From the sequence record PX583170.1: 56,260 bases of DNA; one strand, 5' to 3'. Shown in pieces: positions 7,909-16,912 of the stretch (positions are counted from its first letter, which is position 1; each line of letters starts with the position of its first letter). Source of the DNA: a phage. Position numbers and translations under genes: made by a program. Below the pieces are notes generated by a model. The model was given only the letters and a program-made list of their open reading frames with translations, had not been told where the DNA came from and did not search any database.

Positions 7909-8811
7909 ATGGCAAATAATGTTGTTGAAATACCAGCCAATTTAGTTAAAACTGGCGACATTGTATTTCACAAAGACAGAGAATATTTAATTGTACACAT
8001 CAACAGATTGAGTGATGTAGTTCAATTGCAGCACTCTGGTGGATTCTTTAACTTTGAATTGGGCCGATTAGTCAAAATAGTGGAGCGTCCTGAGGCGAAC
8101 TTTTTTGCAAAACTTGTCACAACACGAGCAGTGTTGGCATATCAGGTGCGTCCTGGCAACACTTTGTCTTATGGAACTAAATTATTTAAGATAAAGGAGG
8201 TCAAAGACCTTGGGGAAATGCCTGAAAATGTTGTTCGACTAGTCCATGAAACAGGCTACTTCGACTTTGCACCCAACCGGATAGTCCATGTTGTTAACAC
8301 GCCGTCACCAGCTTTAGGAACCCCAACAATCAAACCTCCAAGCCAAATAAATCCAACATTCCTTCCTTACGAGGAAGTAAAACCATTCTCAGACGAAGAG
8401 GATGTTAAAGGCGTTGATGTAGAAGTTGGCGATGTTATTTGGTACAAGGGTAATTGGGCAACTGTTACAAACGTGTATAAACATCCAAACTCTCCGTACA
8501 ATAAAGTCAATATTGACTACGATGGCGTAAAAGGTTTGCAAGTGCGCCTGACGTTAACCGGAACTTATTCGAGAAAGGTAAAAGCAGTAATGGAAACATT
8601 AAATATTCAAAATGCAATCGAAGCACAACGTATTCTTCTGCAAAAGCTGGAGCAAATGCTGGACCTACAGCAACTTGCACCAACAGAAGATGGCAAGATT
8701 GCAATCGGCAACTGCAACATTCGCGTGGACAAGGCATCAATCACTAAAGCCGCACGCGATGAAATGAAAGTTGCCGCAAGCAAATCCGCAGAGCTTATCA
8801 AGAAACTGTAA
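7909..8811 (+). CDS. Hypothetical protein (300 aa; ORF opens at 7885)
   Basis: ATG at 7909 with SD gaggaa. Confidence 0.5.
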   Translation: MANNVVEIPANLVKTGDIVFHKDREYLIVHINRLSDVVQLQHSGGFFNFELGRLVKIVERPEANFFAKLVTTRAVLAYQVRPGNTLSYGTKLFKIKEVKDLGEMPENVVRLVHETGYFDFAPNRIVHVVNTPSPALGTPTIKPPSQINPTFLPYEEVKPFSDEEDVKGVDVEVGDVIWYKGNWATVTNVYKHPNSPYNKVNIDYDGVKGLQVRLTLTGTYSRKVKAVMETLNIQNAIEAQRILLQKLEQMLDLQQLAPTEDGKIAIGNCNIRVDKASITKAARDEMKVAASKSAELIKKL

Positions 8812-8999
8812 TTAACAGAGGTCATTCCACTTCGAGTGGCCTCGATTAATTATTGGAGGTTATATGTGGGACATATATCTTGAAGGTGTTGATGAACCAA
8901 TTTCAACACTTAATACACAATTTATTATAGTTGGGTGTGCAATTCTTTATAAAGGTAAGCTACACACTGTATCTAAAATAGTTCAGAGGCATTAATTCC

Positions 9000-9350
9000 G
9001 TGAAAACTTTATACATTGCACTTACAATCTTATTTGGAGTATTTGCATTCAAATCAGAAGCATCTATTCGTAACTTTCAGTGTGGCGGATATAAAATGTC
9101 CGTTGAAACAATTACAATGAGCCAGCCACTCATTGCAACAATTTCTTTGCACGAAGGTACTTGGATTGAGATTCCAGACAACGGAAACCCTAACCCAATG
9201 TCTACAGTGTTCTACAACACACAGAGCAGTAAGCTGGCTTTAGTTGGTGTTGACGCTGAGGAACGTTTAGTGCTACAGATTTATCGTGACATTGACTTCT
9301 TTCATGCCAAATTTCCACTGCTATCAACATATTGTAAGGAAGTTAAATGA
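9000..9350 (+). CDS. Hypothetical secreted/periplasmic protein (GTG start)
   Basis: N-terminal signal-like MKTLYIALTILFGVFAFKSEA. Confidence 0.4.
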   Translation: MKTLYIALTILFGVFAFKSEASIRNFQCGGYKMSVETITMSQPLIATISLHEGTWIEIPDNGNPNPMSTVFYNTQSSKLALVGVDAEERLVLQIYRDIDFFHAKFPLLSTYCKEVK

Positions 9351-9580
9351 CGTCATCTGAATTTACCATTGATGGAGTACCGTACTTACTTGAATCCAGT
9401 TGCGAATATCGTCACTGGTCAGTAATTCGCGACCGAGTAGTTAAATTCTTGGAGCGAGTAGGGAAAGATGCAGCTATTCTGACTACAGCCACAGTAGAAG
9501 GGACAACCGAAATTAATCGGGAGCTTGTATCTTTTAAATTAACCATCAACCCAACAGGAAATCCATTCCGTGAAAGTTGA
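9347..9580 (+). CDS. Hypothetical protein (77 aa)
   Basis: ATGA overlap with previous gene. Confidence 0.45.
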   Translation: MTSSEFTIDGVPYLLESSCEYRHWSVIRDRVVKFLERVGKDAAILTTATVEGTTEINRELVSFKLTINPTGNPFRES

Positions 9581-9839
9581 AGAACTAGCTGACCACCTTG
9601 AGGCAGCAAAACAAGAGCTTGCAACTCACTCAGAACGTGTTGAAACACTGAAAGGGCAAGGTTCAACAACCGAAGAAATCCAACTATTTACAGATAATGT
9701 ATGGTTTTCAATGAATCGTGCACAGTTTATTCAGATTCAGGAAGACCGTCTTGCTGAATTGGAAAAGCGTGTTAAAACACTTGAGAACTTGCTCGTAACA
9801 TTGCAAGAAACTTTGGACCAGGAGCTGAAAAATGTCTAA
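9570..9839 (+). CDS. Hypothetical coiled-coil protein (89 aa)
   Basis: Heptad-like Leu/Glu-rich sequence. Confidence 0.4.
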   Translation: MKVEELADHLEAAKQELATHSERVETLKGQGSTTEEIQLFTDNVWFSMNRAQFIQIQEDRLAELEKRVKTLENLLVTLQETLDQELKNV

Positions 9840-10230
9840 TGTTAAGCTGGGCCAACGTTCTCTTGACCGGCTCAAGGGCGTAAATCCATCTCTTGTAGCA
9901 GTTTTCAAACGTGCATGTGAAACAATGCCTTTTGATGTAACTGTTTTGGAGGGTTTACGCTCTTATGAACGTCAACAAGAGCTTTTAAAGCAGGGTGCAA
10001 CCAAAGTTTCTGTTAGCCGACACATGTCAGGCAACGCTTTGGACATTGCACCATACCCAATTGACTGGAATGACCTCGAACGATTCCAAATTGTAGCTGA
10101 ACACATGTTCAAAGCCGCAGAAGAGCTTGGAGTTGTTATTCGTTGGGGCGGAACATGGGAACGAACCTTCACTAAGCCAGTGAAATGGGCCAAGTTCCTC
10201 GACGCACCTCACTTCGAACTTCCAGCATAA
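9832..10230 (+). CDS. Peptidase M15 (VanY / L-Ala-D-Glu endopeptidase-like) peptidoglycan hydrolase
   Basis: SRHMSGNALD (H-x6-D zinc motif), RWGG, C-terminal APHFELP. Confidence 0.7.
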   Translation: MSNVKLGQRSLDRLKGVNPSLVAVFKRACETMPFDVTVLEGLRSYERQQELLKQGATKVSVSRHMSGNALDIAPYPIDWNDLERFQIVAEHMFKAAEELGVVIRWGGTWERTFTKPVKWAKFLDAPHFELPA

Positions 10231-10250
10231 CTTCATCAATGGAGCATCCG

Positions 10251-10529
10251 ATGAATTACGAAGATATTCCAAGAGAGTTGAATGCACTAGAGTCAAGAAC
10301 CATCCGTGCAGAGAATATTCTCCACCAGCACCTATCAATTAACGTAGGTGATGAAAAGAAGATGCAGTACACTATGGAACTTGACGATGTAGTCTACACT
10401 GTCAGTTACAACGAGAAGGCTGCGATTCTCAGTGCGCTTATCAAAGGTGGGAATGAGCGAATCAATCAACTAAAAATTCTGGACACAGAATTGAGAGGCA
10501 CTTGGGAGAAACTAAATGCAAAACGATAA
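10251..10529 (+). CDS. Hypothetical protein (ORF opens at 10185)
   Basis: ATG at 10251 with SD ggag. Confidence 0.4.
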   Translation: MNYEDIPRELNALESRTIRAENILHQHLSINVGDEKKMQYTMELDDVVYTVSYNEKAAILSALIKGGNERINQLKILDTELRGTWEKLNAKR

Positions 10530-11076
10530 CATTACTCAAGCAGTAGAACAGCTTAAGTCCTGGCGTAAAGATGAAACCTTATTGGTTCGTTTCTACACAG
10601 ACACATATACAGGTGAAAACAGCTCTAAATTTGTAGATGCGTGGATTGATGGACTGTCTTGGCGCCACTATGATTTCGACATGCGGGAGTATTTGCATGA
10701 AGAATACGGCATTGAGTATCCAGAATCCGGTACATATGACGTAATTGAATCAAACGAAGAAGATGTTACCGAAGTTTGTTTTGTCAATGGTCTGTTCAGC
10801 ATTCGTAAGTATGATAAGTTCAATGAGCTGCTTGTTGATACCGATTTGGATGTAATTCTTGCAGCATTACGTAGTGGTGATATTGATATTTTCACTGTGG
10901 ATGACTTGAACGATATGGTCATTGCTCGGTGCGACTCAATTGTAGACTACTTTAAAAATTATGATGGCATAGAAGTTCCAGACCATCTTCGTCCATATAT
11001 CGATTGGGATGCAGTTGCGAGAGATTACGGAAGTGACTACACTTTCTCCGAAGGGATACTATTCTCAAATGCGTGA
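10516..11076 (+). CDS. Highly acidic hypothetical protein (186 aa)
   Basis: Asp/Glu/Tyr-rich throughout; strongly net-negative by eye. Confidence 0.5.
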   Translation: MQNDNITQAVEQLKSWRKDETLLVRFYTDTYTGENSSKFVDAWIDGLSWRHYDFDMREYLHEEYGIEYPESGTYDVIESNEEDVTEVCFVNGLFSIRKYDKFNELLVDTDLDVILAALRSGDIDIFTVDDLNDMVIARCDSIVDYFKNYDGIEVPDHLRPYIDWDAVARDYGSDYTFSEGILFSNA

Positions 11077-11308
11077 TTTAAATATCGCTGAACTTGAGGC
11101 TGGATTGATTGTTCACCACCAGCCTCGAAACACTTTCTATCGTATTCTTGGTCCTACAAAGATTAAAACTCACTGCGGAAGTTGGGTGGATGGGTTTGCT
11201 TACCAAGAAGTGAAGAAGTACGGGGACCATACTTTCTTAAGTATTGATTCTTCTACTATCTACACACGACCGAAAGAGCTATTTGACTCAGACTGGAAAA
11301 CACTATAG
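11069..11308 (+). CDS. Hypothetical protein (ORF opens at 11009)
   Basis: ATG at 11069 overlaps upstream stop (ATGCGTGA). Confidence 0.4.
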   Translation: MRDLNIAELEAGLIVHHQPRNTFYRILGPTKIKTHCGSWVDGFAYQEVKKYGDHTFLSIDSSTIYTRPKELFDSDWKTL

Positions 11309-11377
11309 TTCCAGGCGGGTTTCTTCGAAGTGCCAAGCGGGTTTTGTGCTCGCATTGGCCTTCGGCTTTAGTCTGAA

Positions 11378-11399
11378 ACATTAGTGGGATTTGATTCGG
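11378..11399 (+). promoter_or_regulatory. Promoter-motif variant P8
   Basis: aCATTAGTgGGATttgattcgg. Confidence 0.35.
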
Positions 11400-11517
11400 A
11401 CCACTTAGGGAAGAAAGGCATTATACACTTATCGCCAAATGGGTGTCAAGCACTTTCTTCATTTATTTAATTTATTCTTATTATTCTTTTTGTTTGGAAT
11501 ATTGGAATAATTCTGAA

Positions 11518-11539
11518 ACATTAGTTGGAATTGAATTAG
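11518..11539 (+). promoter_or_regulatory. Promoter-motif copy P9
   Basis: aCATTAGTTGGAATTGAATtag, with prefix ttctgaaa shared with P8 and P12. Confidence 0.45.
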
Positions 11540-11654
11540 TGTAATTCTGTCTGTACTCTTTTCCATTAGCAATTGTAGAGGAAGTCCACTGCAATAAGCG
11601 CAGCCTCAAACAACCAAGTCTGGACAACTTGGGAAGAGAGTGCAGCACAAAATT

Positions 11655-11676
11655 ACATTAGTTGGAATTGAAGAAA
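11655..11676 (+). promoter_or_regulatory. Promoter-motif copy P10
   Basis: aCATTAGTTGGAATTGAAgaaa. Confidence 0.45.
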
Positions 11677-12309
11677 CAACATCAGATAATAACTTTGTAA
11701 CTCGGTAGACCGTTGCGGCCGCATCGTGCGAGAATGTTCGACTCATTCTACAAAGTTATTTTCGATGGAATGTTTCCATCATATACATTTATCTTTTAAC
11801 ATAGGCCAAAGGGCCGGAATACTTATTCGCAGAAAAGCTATTCACTTGTTATAGGCGATGTATTGGGATGAATTGGAACTAAATAAGCAAGCTGTTAGGG
11901 CTGAATAATTAGAGGGTTATGCCTCATGCTTATGTTAGTCATTCGAAAATAGGTTTGTGCCACAAGCCGCTGGTGCTCTGAGGAAGTCGGACAAACAGGG
12001 CTTAGAGTGGCATAATCCGCACAAAACCGCGCCACCAGCTATGCCAAAGCAGGTGGTTTGGGTGAATGTATTGGGAAGGGTTGCAAAGCCTCTGTGACAC
12101 GCCTGAGCCGCAAGGCGACGACACTCATGTGATTAGCGTATCGCACCCTAACGGGAGTAACCCTTCGCCAATGCAGTTATCCAGAATTGACACAAACGGC
12201 AGGCAGTGGCCCGATTTTCGGCCCTCCTGCGCTGCCCTGTGGCCTGTTTCACGGGCTAAAAGATGAGAAGAGAAGTCACAAACACTGAATCGAAAATTGG
12301 AGAGTTCCT

Positions 12310-12621
12310 ATGATTCGCAAGCATTCTGCTAAAGTTTTGACGTTGAGAAATGTAGTCAGGGGGGACCATGAGGTTTCCCTACACTATGTACTAATTGGTG
12401 GTCGTTGGTATTACAATGGCTCCTCATATATGGCCTTTATATCCTCCTCTGATAAGGACGGATTTTGGACCGATAAGGGTATCAAAGGTGTGTTAGAAGA
12501 TAGCTTCCCACTCACGTTAAAGGAAGTAAAAGACGTCTTCTACCACGGCCCAAACAAGTCCATGCAAATCGCAACTCGCGAGTGGACAACTAATCAAGAA
12601 GTTTACGGAGTCCCATTTTGA
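12310..12621 (+). CDS. Hypothetical protein (103 aa)
   Basis: ATG with SD ttggagag. Confidence 0.5.
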   Translation: MIRKHSAKVLTLRNVVRGDHEVSLHYVLIGGRWYYNGSSYMAFISSSDKDGFWTDKGIKGVLEDSFPLTLKEVKDVFYHGPNKSMQIATREWTTNQEVYGVPF

Positions 12622-12908
12622 ACTTACAAGATAAATCCAAAGAAGAGCTGATTGAGATTATCCAGAAAGAGCACGAACTCGCTGGAATCACAATTAACTT
12701 TGAACTCCAGGCAATGCAAGCTGTTGCTTTGGGTCATGGTCTAATGGCTACACTCATTCATGCCAAGAATGTGTTAGGCGTTGACAACGAAAAATACCAA
12801 ATTCTGGAGAAAGCTGCGCAAGAGCGGATTTCGCAGTGCTTGGTGACATTAGTTGATTTGGGAATCGACGCAGAAACTGCGAACAAACGTATCCTACAAG
12901 GCCACTAA
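12618..12908 (+). CDS. Hypothetical protein (TTG start overlapping upstream stop)
   Basis: TTGA start/stop overlap. Confidence 0.4.
   Translation: MNLQDKSKEELIEIIQKEHELAGITINFELQAMQAVALGHGLMATLIHAKNVLGVDNEKYQILEKAAQERISQCLVTLVDLGIDAETANKRILQGH
12846..12867 (+). promoter_or_regulatory. Promoter-motif copy P11 (inside the 3' end of the preceding gene)
   Basis: aCATTAGTTGatttgggaatcg, 43 nt before the next start. Confidence 0.35.
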
Positions 12909-12909
12909 A

Positions 12910-13584
12910 ATGTCTTATCATGATGATGACAAAGAGATTGCACTATCAACGTGTAAGCAATGGCTCAATGATAATGATGCCGTCTATCTTGCCAAGGAAG
13001 ATGTTATCATTATGTGGGTCCATTTTAATCCAGAATCGAAGCGCGGTGAGTGGCAACGCTACAAGATGAAAGAGGCTTGTCGCATAATTAAAGCCACACG
13101 CGCTGGCTTCTCTGCTATGAAGTACATTAAGCCAGAGATGCTGATGCTTGCTGCACAGGAAGAAGAACGTGCGTATAAGCAAGCTGTTAAATCTCGTTCA
13201 ACTGTTCCCCCAGAGTTCTTTAATTTGGAGCGCGCTGGACACTTCAACAATTTAGAAATGTTGACACTGTGCCTGTTGCAAGAATTAGTTGGAAGAGGAC
13301 AAAACATTGAAGCTGTTTGTCTTGGAGAACTCATGAAAGAGTTGTTCTCGGCAAAGGGCTTTGCTGTGCCAAATCGAACTTTACGCTGGAAATTGTTGCG
13401 AGCAGTCGCGCAAGAAGCTGGTGTAGTTGTTCGTGACAGAACAAACCGACTCACTGTAACTGGAGTTGGGCGTTTTGTAGCAATCCAGATTGAGGGTTAT
13501 GACGAATCAATCATCACTGAACTCACTGTCGCTGAGACAAAGGATTTAGTAAATAAAACACTAGAACGATTCAATAGATATTGA
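12910..13584 (+). CDS. Hypothetical protein (224 aa; ORF opens at 12853)
   Basis: ATG at 12910, 2 nt after upstream stop. Confidence 0.5.
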   Translation: MSYHDDDKEIALSTCKQWLNDNDAVYLAKEDVIIMWVHFNPESKRGEWQRYKMKEACRIIKATRAGFSAMKYIKPEMLMLAAQEEERAYKQAVKSRSTVPPEFFNLERAGHFNNLEMLTLCLLQELVGRGQNIEAVCLGELMKELFSAKGFAVPNRTLRWKLLRAVAQEAGVVVRDRTNRLTVTGVGRFVAIQIEGYDESIITELTVAETKDLVNKTLERFNRY

Positions 13585-13613
13585 GTCGTTTGACGAATCA
13601 GAGCAGTTCTGAA

Positions 13614-13635
13614 ACATTAGTTGGATGTGGAAAGA
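13614..13635 (+). promoter_or_regulatory. Promoter-motif copy P12
   Basis: aCATTAGTTGGATGTGgAAaga. Confidence 0.5.
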
Positions 13636-13707
13636 GAAAGGCTCTTTAATTTTATCTAAGTCACGTCACCGTGGCGTGCAAAACTATTCAATATAAGGTA
13701 TATACAA

Positions 13708-14046
13708 ATGGCTAAGATTGTAACCGTAACTCAGTACGAAGCTAACGATGGTTCCCTGTTCCTGACCGAAGCAGAGTGTAATGCACATGACTTCAAACTG
13801 GAAAACGGTGCTAAAATTGAGAAAGCTGCCGAAGCGTACCTGAATACCGTTGGTGCTATCGACCGTTCTCGCTCCATGCAGAAGAACACCATCGAGCAGT
13901 TCCTGGCATTCTACCTGCCGTGGGTTGAAGCTGGCGAGCCAGAAGTTGAGCGTACTAAGTTCGATACTCCGAAAGAAGCTAAAGTTGCTGACGCAAGTGT
14001 TGCCGAAGCTGCCGAAGCTGCTGTTGAAGAAGCTCCGGTATTCTAA
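13708..14046 (+). CDS. Hypothetical acidic protein with host-like codon usage (112 aa)
   Basis: SD aaggta; CTG/CGT/GAA/CCG-rich; acidic C-terminus ending EEAPVF. Confidence 0.55.
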   Translation: MAKIVTVTQYEANDGSLFLTEAECNAHDFKLENGAKIEKAAEAYLNTVGAIDRSRSMQKNTIEQFLAFYLPWVEAGEPEVERTKFDTPKEAKVADASVAEAAEAAVEEAPVF

Positions 14047-14413
14047 GTTGCCGATGGCAAACTTGAGAGACTAAGCTAAATCGATCTGGCATGCACTGGA
14101 AGATCGTCCGGTGCTGCCTTGAACCCGCTCTGAAAGGAAGAGTGGGCTTCAATGAGCATTCTTGTGATTAGAGTTGGGAGGAAGGCCGATGCCCAAGCTC
14201 ATGGCCCAGACGAGAGTGTTCATTGAAGTTATTTCAATTTGTGCATAATTCAAACACCAGTGCATGAGCCTTCGACGGAAGGCAATGTTGGGAAATTTGT
14301 TGTGTACAAATTGAAGTAGTTTTCTGAGTCTTACGACGGGCCTAAACTGCCTGGAGTTATTGCGACTGTTTTATTCATTTAAAATAAATGCAAATGATTC
14401 TGAAATGCGAGTT

Positions 14414-14711
14414 GCGGCTTAATTAAATTTAAGTCCTCTCCGTGGTCTTCCAATCCCACGTAACCAAATTTGGCGCATTGTGGCTTCGAGATGTGATTAA
14501 TAAATCGGAGCAATAATTAATTTGTATTCTGCGATGCAATGCAGGCTTAAGTCCTCCAGTGCGCGTGGGGATGTGACAGAGTACAAACTTAATTATTAAT
14601 TTGTATTCTGGTGTTGTTCGCCAAGATTGGTGCACTCATGATTGGTAGTGTTGGGGAGCGCGGAGCCTAAAATATTATGTGGCATCTCCTACCAGAGTAC
14701 AAACTTAATTA
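14414..14711. repeat. Degenerate tandem copies of a ~70-120 bp non-coding element
   Basis: Exact repeats: ttaagtcctc (14429, 14547), attaatttgtattctg (14516, 14595), cagagtacaaacttaatta (14577, 14693). Confidence 0.6.
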
Positions 14712-15147
14712 TGCAGTTGGATATTTCTAGAGGACGGACGAGCACACTGGAATGTCTTCAATTGGTTTAGTGTGAGAAGCTATGCCAATTTGAAACGTAA
14801 CTCCTTGAGGAAGTGCTCCTCTGGATTTCCCTCCACACAGGAATCTCAAGCCTGTGGCAGTGACTTCGAAGCTGCACTGCGTAACCTAATTCACCCTAAA
14901 GTGAGTTGCCCTGAGCATGGAAATAAACTGCTCAAACCAATGATGCCCACAAAGGTGGGATAAGTTAGGTTGCCTGTTGGTACTTGGGTTCAACACCTGC
15001 TTGCACTCGCAAAGTAGTGCCTCGTACCTGAGATGAAGTGAGTCGGGACCATCAATCCCACGTTATGTCAAAACACAGTAGGCGGCTCACAGATTCTACA
15101 AGCCTCGCAGTTCGGGAAAACCTGCGTTATCAAAACCCACCCAATTT

Positions 15148-15240
15148 GGACGAGTAGCTCAGAAGGTCTGCTCCAGAGCTTAGTCAGGTAGAGCAATCTG
15201 TTCGACAGATGTGTCGTTGGTTCGAATCCAACCTCGTCCA
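15148..15240 (+). tRNA. tRNA-like gene, unusually long (93 nt); anticodon tentatively CAG (Leu)
   Basis: Perfect 7-bp acceptor stem GGACGAG/CTCGTCC, canonical T-arm GTTGG-TTCGAAT-CCAAC, discriminator A; loop GTCAGGT at 15183..15189; the D-arm could not be folded by eye. Confidence 0.5.
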
Positions 15241-15269
15241 CCCACTTTCAACAATAACATGGAGTCCTC

Positions 15270-15410
15270 ATGGACATTGATGCACTAGACAATTTGGACT
15301 TCGGTGCTGCCGAAGAAGCCATTGAAGAACTAAAGAAAAAGCAGGACGAAGAAGCAATCGTTCCTGGTGCTGGCGATAATGACTGCTCAAGCGGTGCGTG
15401 TGCCATCTAA
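15270..15410 (+). CDS. Hypothetical small acidic peptide (46 aa)
   Basis: ATG with SD ggag; ends GAGDNDCSSGACAI; below the ORF-track cutoff. Confidence 0.3.
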   Translation: MDIDALDNLDFGAAEEAIEELKKKQDEEAIVPGAGDNDCSSGACAI

Positions 15411-15418
15411 GGTGATTT

Positions 15419-15655
15419 ATGCAACAGCTTAAATCAGTAATTCTTGGCGTCCTGACTGCATTTGGCATTCTTATTGCAGTGTTCCTCAAAGGCAAAAGCT
15501 CAGGCAAAGCCGAGGAGCGTCAGGAAGCCACAGAGAAGCAACTAGATTCATTAAAAGAATCTATCGAGATTAAATCGCATGTTCAGAAAGAAGTGTCTAG
15601 CAGTTCTGATAGCAATGTCGATAGTGAGTTGCTCTCAAAGTGGGTTCGTAAGTGA
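15419..15655 (+). CDS. Hypothetical small membrane protein (78 aa)
   Basis: N-terminal hydrophobic segment VILGVLTAFGILIAVFL. Confidence 0.4.
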   Translation: MQQLKSVILGVLTAFGILIAVFLKGKSSGKAEERQEATEKQLDSLKESIEIKSHVQKEVSSSSDSNVDSELLSKWVRK

Positions 15656-16625
15656 TTACTGCTTGATTGCACAACCAATTTATTTGGATGTTGCAGAAGT
15701 AAAAATCTTATCACGCGAAACCAAAACACAGATTTTAGTCCACAATGAAACGTGGGCACAAAAGTGTTCGAAACTTACCCGACAGTGAGTTGAACAAAAT
15801 GCTCGCCATCGCATGAACAACATTTGGCAGTCCGGTACGGGACTTTAAACACACGTATATCATAGTCGAGGGAGTGCGCGACTTTAAATAACGAGACTCT
15901 AGCCACTTGTGGTATGGCAGGTGTAACTCCTGCAATTGCTCTGGGCATAACAATTAAAATTGCTGCCTCGTATTGAACGCGAGAAAGTTCAGGTAGTCAC
16001 TTCCTAGAACAGTGGCCGGGAACATACCTAGACAAAAGTGCTTGAGAACGTTAGCTCTGTCTTGCCAGCATTAATGGCACGTTGGCCGCGTAAAGGCCAC
16101 AGCGTCTGGCCAACGTATCGGCCACCAAATTCAATGGGCTAGTGCAAATGTCAGTCACTAGAAGATGTGTTGCAAAACGTCTTCCACGATGTGCAAAGTG
16201 TCAGTCACGTGCCCGCCAATTTCCTCCAACAGTTATGCCTCTGTTCAAAAGGCTCAAGAGAGCGTCTGGCATACCGTAGCGATACGGCTTAGTTGCGCTG
16301 ATTGTGTTGTGCAGAAAGAAAGTTCAGGCTTTCGTTTGGGTTACTCCTCATCCCGAAGTTAGCTGGATTCAAAATCCAGACTATGTTCCTATACACATGA
16401 AATATGCAAGTCGAGGGTTCTTAATGTTCAAACATGATGCGAGCATTAAGCGGGTTTATACTTTTCCCCGATGGTCCCCATAAACAAGGCTGATTCACTT
16501 GGGCGGTTCGAATCAAATTTAATAAGTGTCTTGGCCGCAGTGGAAACATCATTTAAGCCAATGTATTGTAATGTTCGTAATAGTCCACGTCAGGACACTT
16601 ACTTAAATTTTAACTGGAGAGAAAC

Positions 16626-16856
16626 ATGAAAACTGCTGAAATTGCCGAAGAGATTTATAAGGCCGTAATAGCCAGCCAAATCACAAGTGAAGTCCTGCAC
16701 ATGGATATTGAAGAAGTTCGCAATGCCTTTGGTGGTTTTGCAATCTTGTCAATAGAAGCTGCGGAAGCACTGACAAACACGTACAATCAACGCGAATATG
16801 AAAAGCGTTCTGTACTAAATGCGTCGATGAAAGAAATTCAGGCGTCATTAAAATAA
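16626..16856 (+). CDS. Hypothetical protein (76 aa)
   Basis: ATG with SD ctggagag. Confidence 0.45.
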   Translation: MKTAEIAEEIYKAVIASQITSEVLHMDIEEVRNAFGGFAILSIEAAEALTNTYNQREYEKRSVLNASMKEIQASLK

Positions 16857-16912
16857 TACCATTATCATGGTGCGGAGCTAATTAATCTCCCACCATATGA
16901 ACCGGAGAGCAA

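Noticed and set aside
12066-12266. 66-aa + strand ORF inside the GC-rich non-coding stretch
   Set aside because: No RBS, atypical composition and no motif; more likely part of a structured RNA or foreign fragment.
16498-16512. T-loop-like GGTTCGAATC as a second tRNA
   Set aside because: No complementary T-stem or acceptor stem around it.
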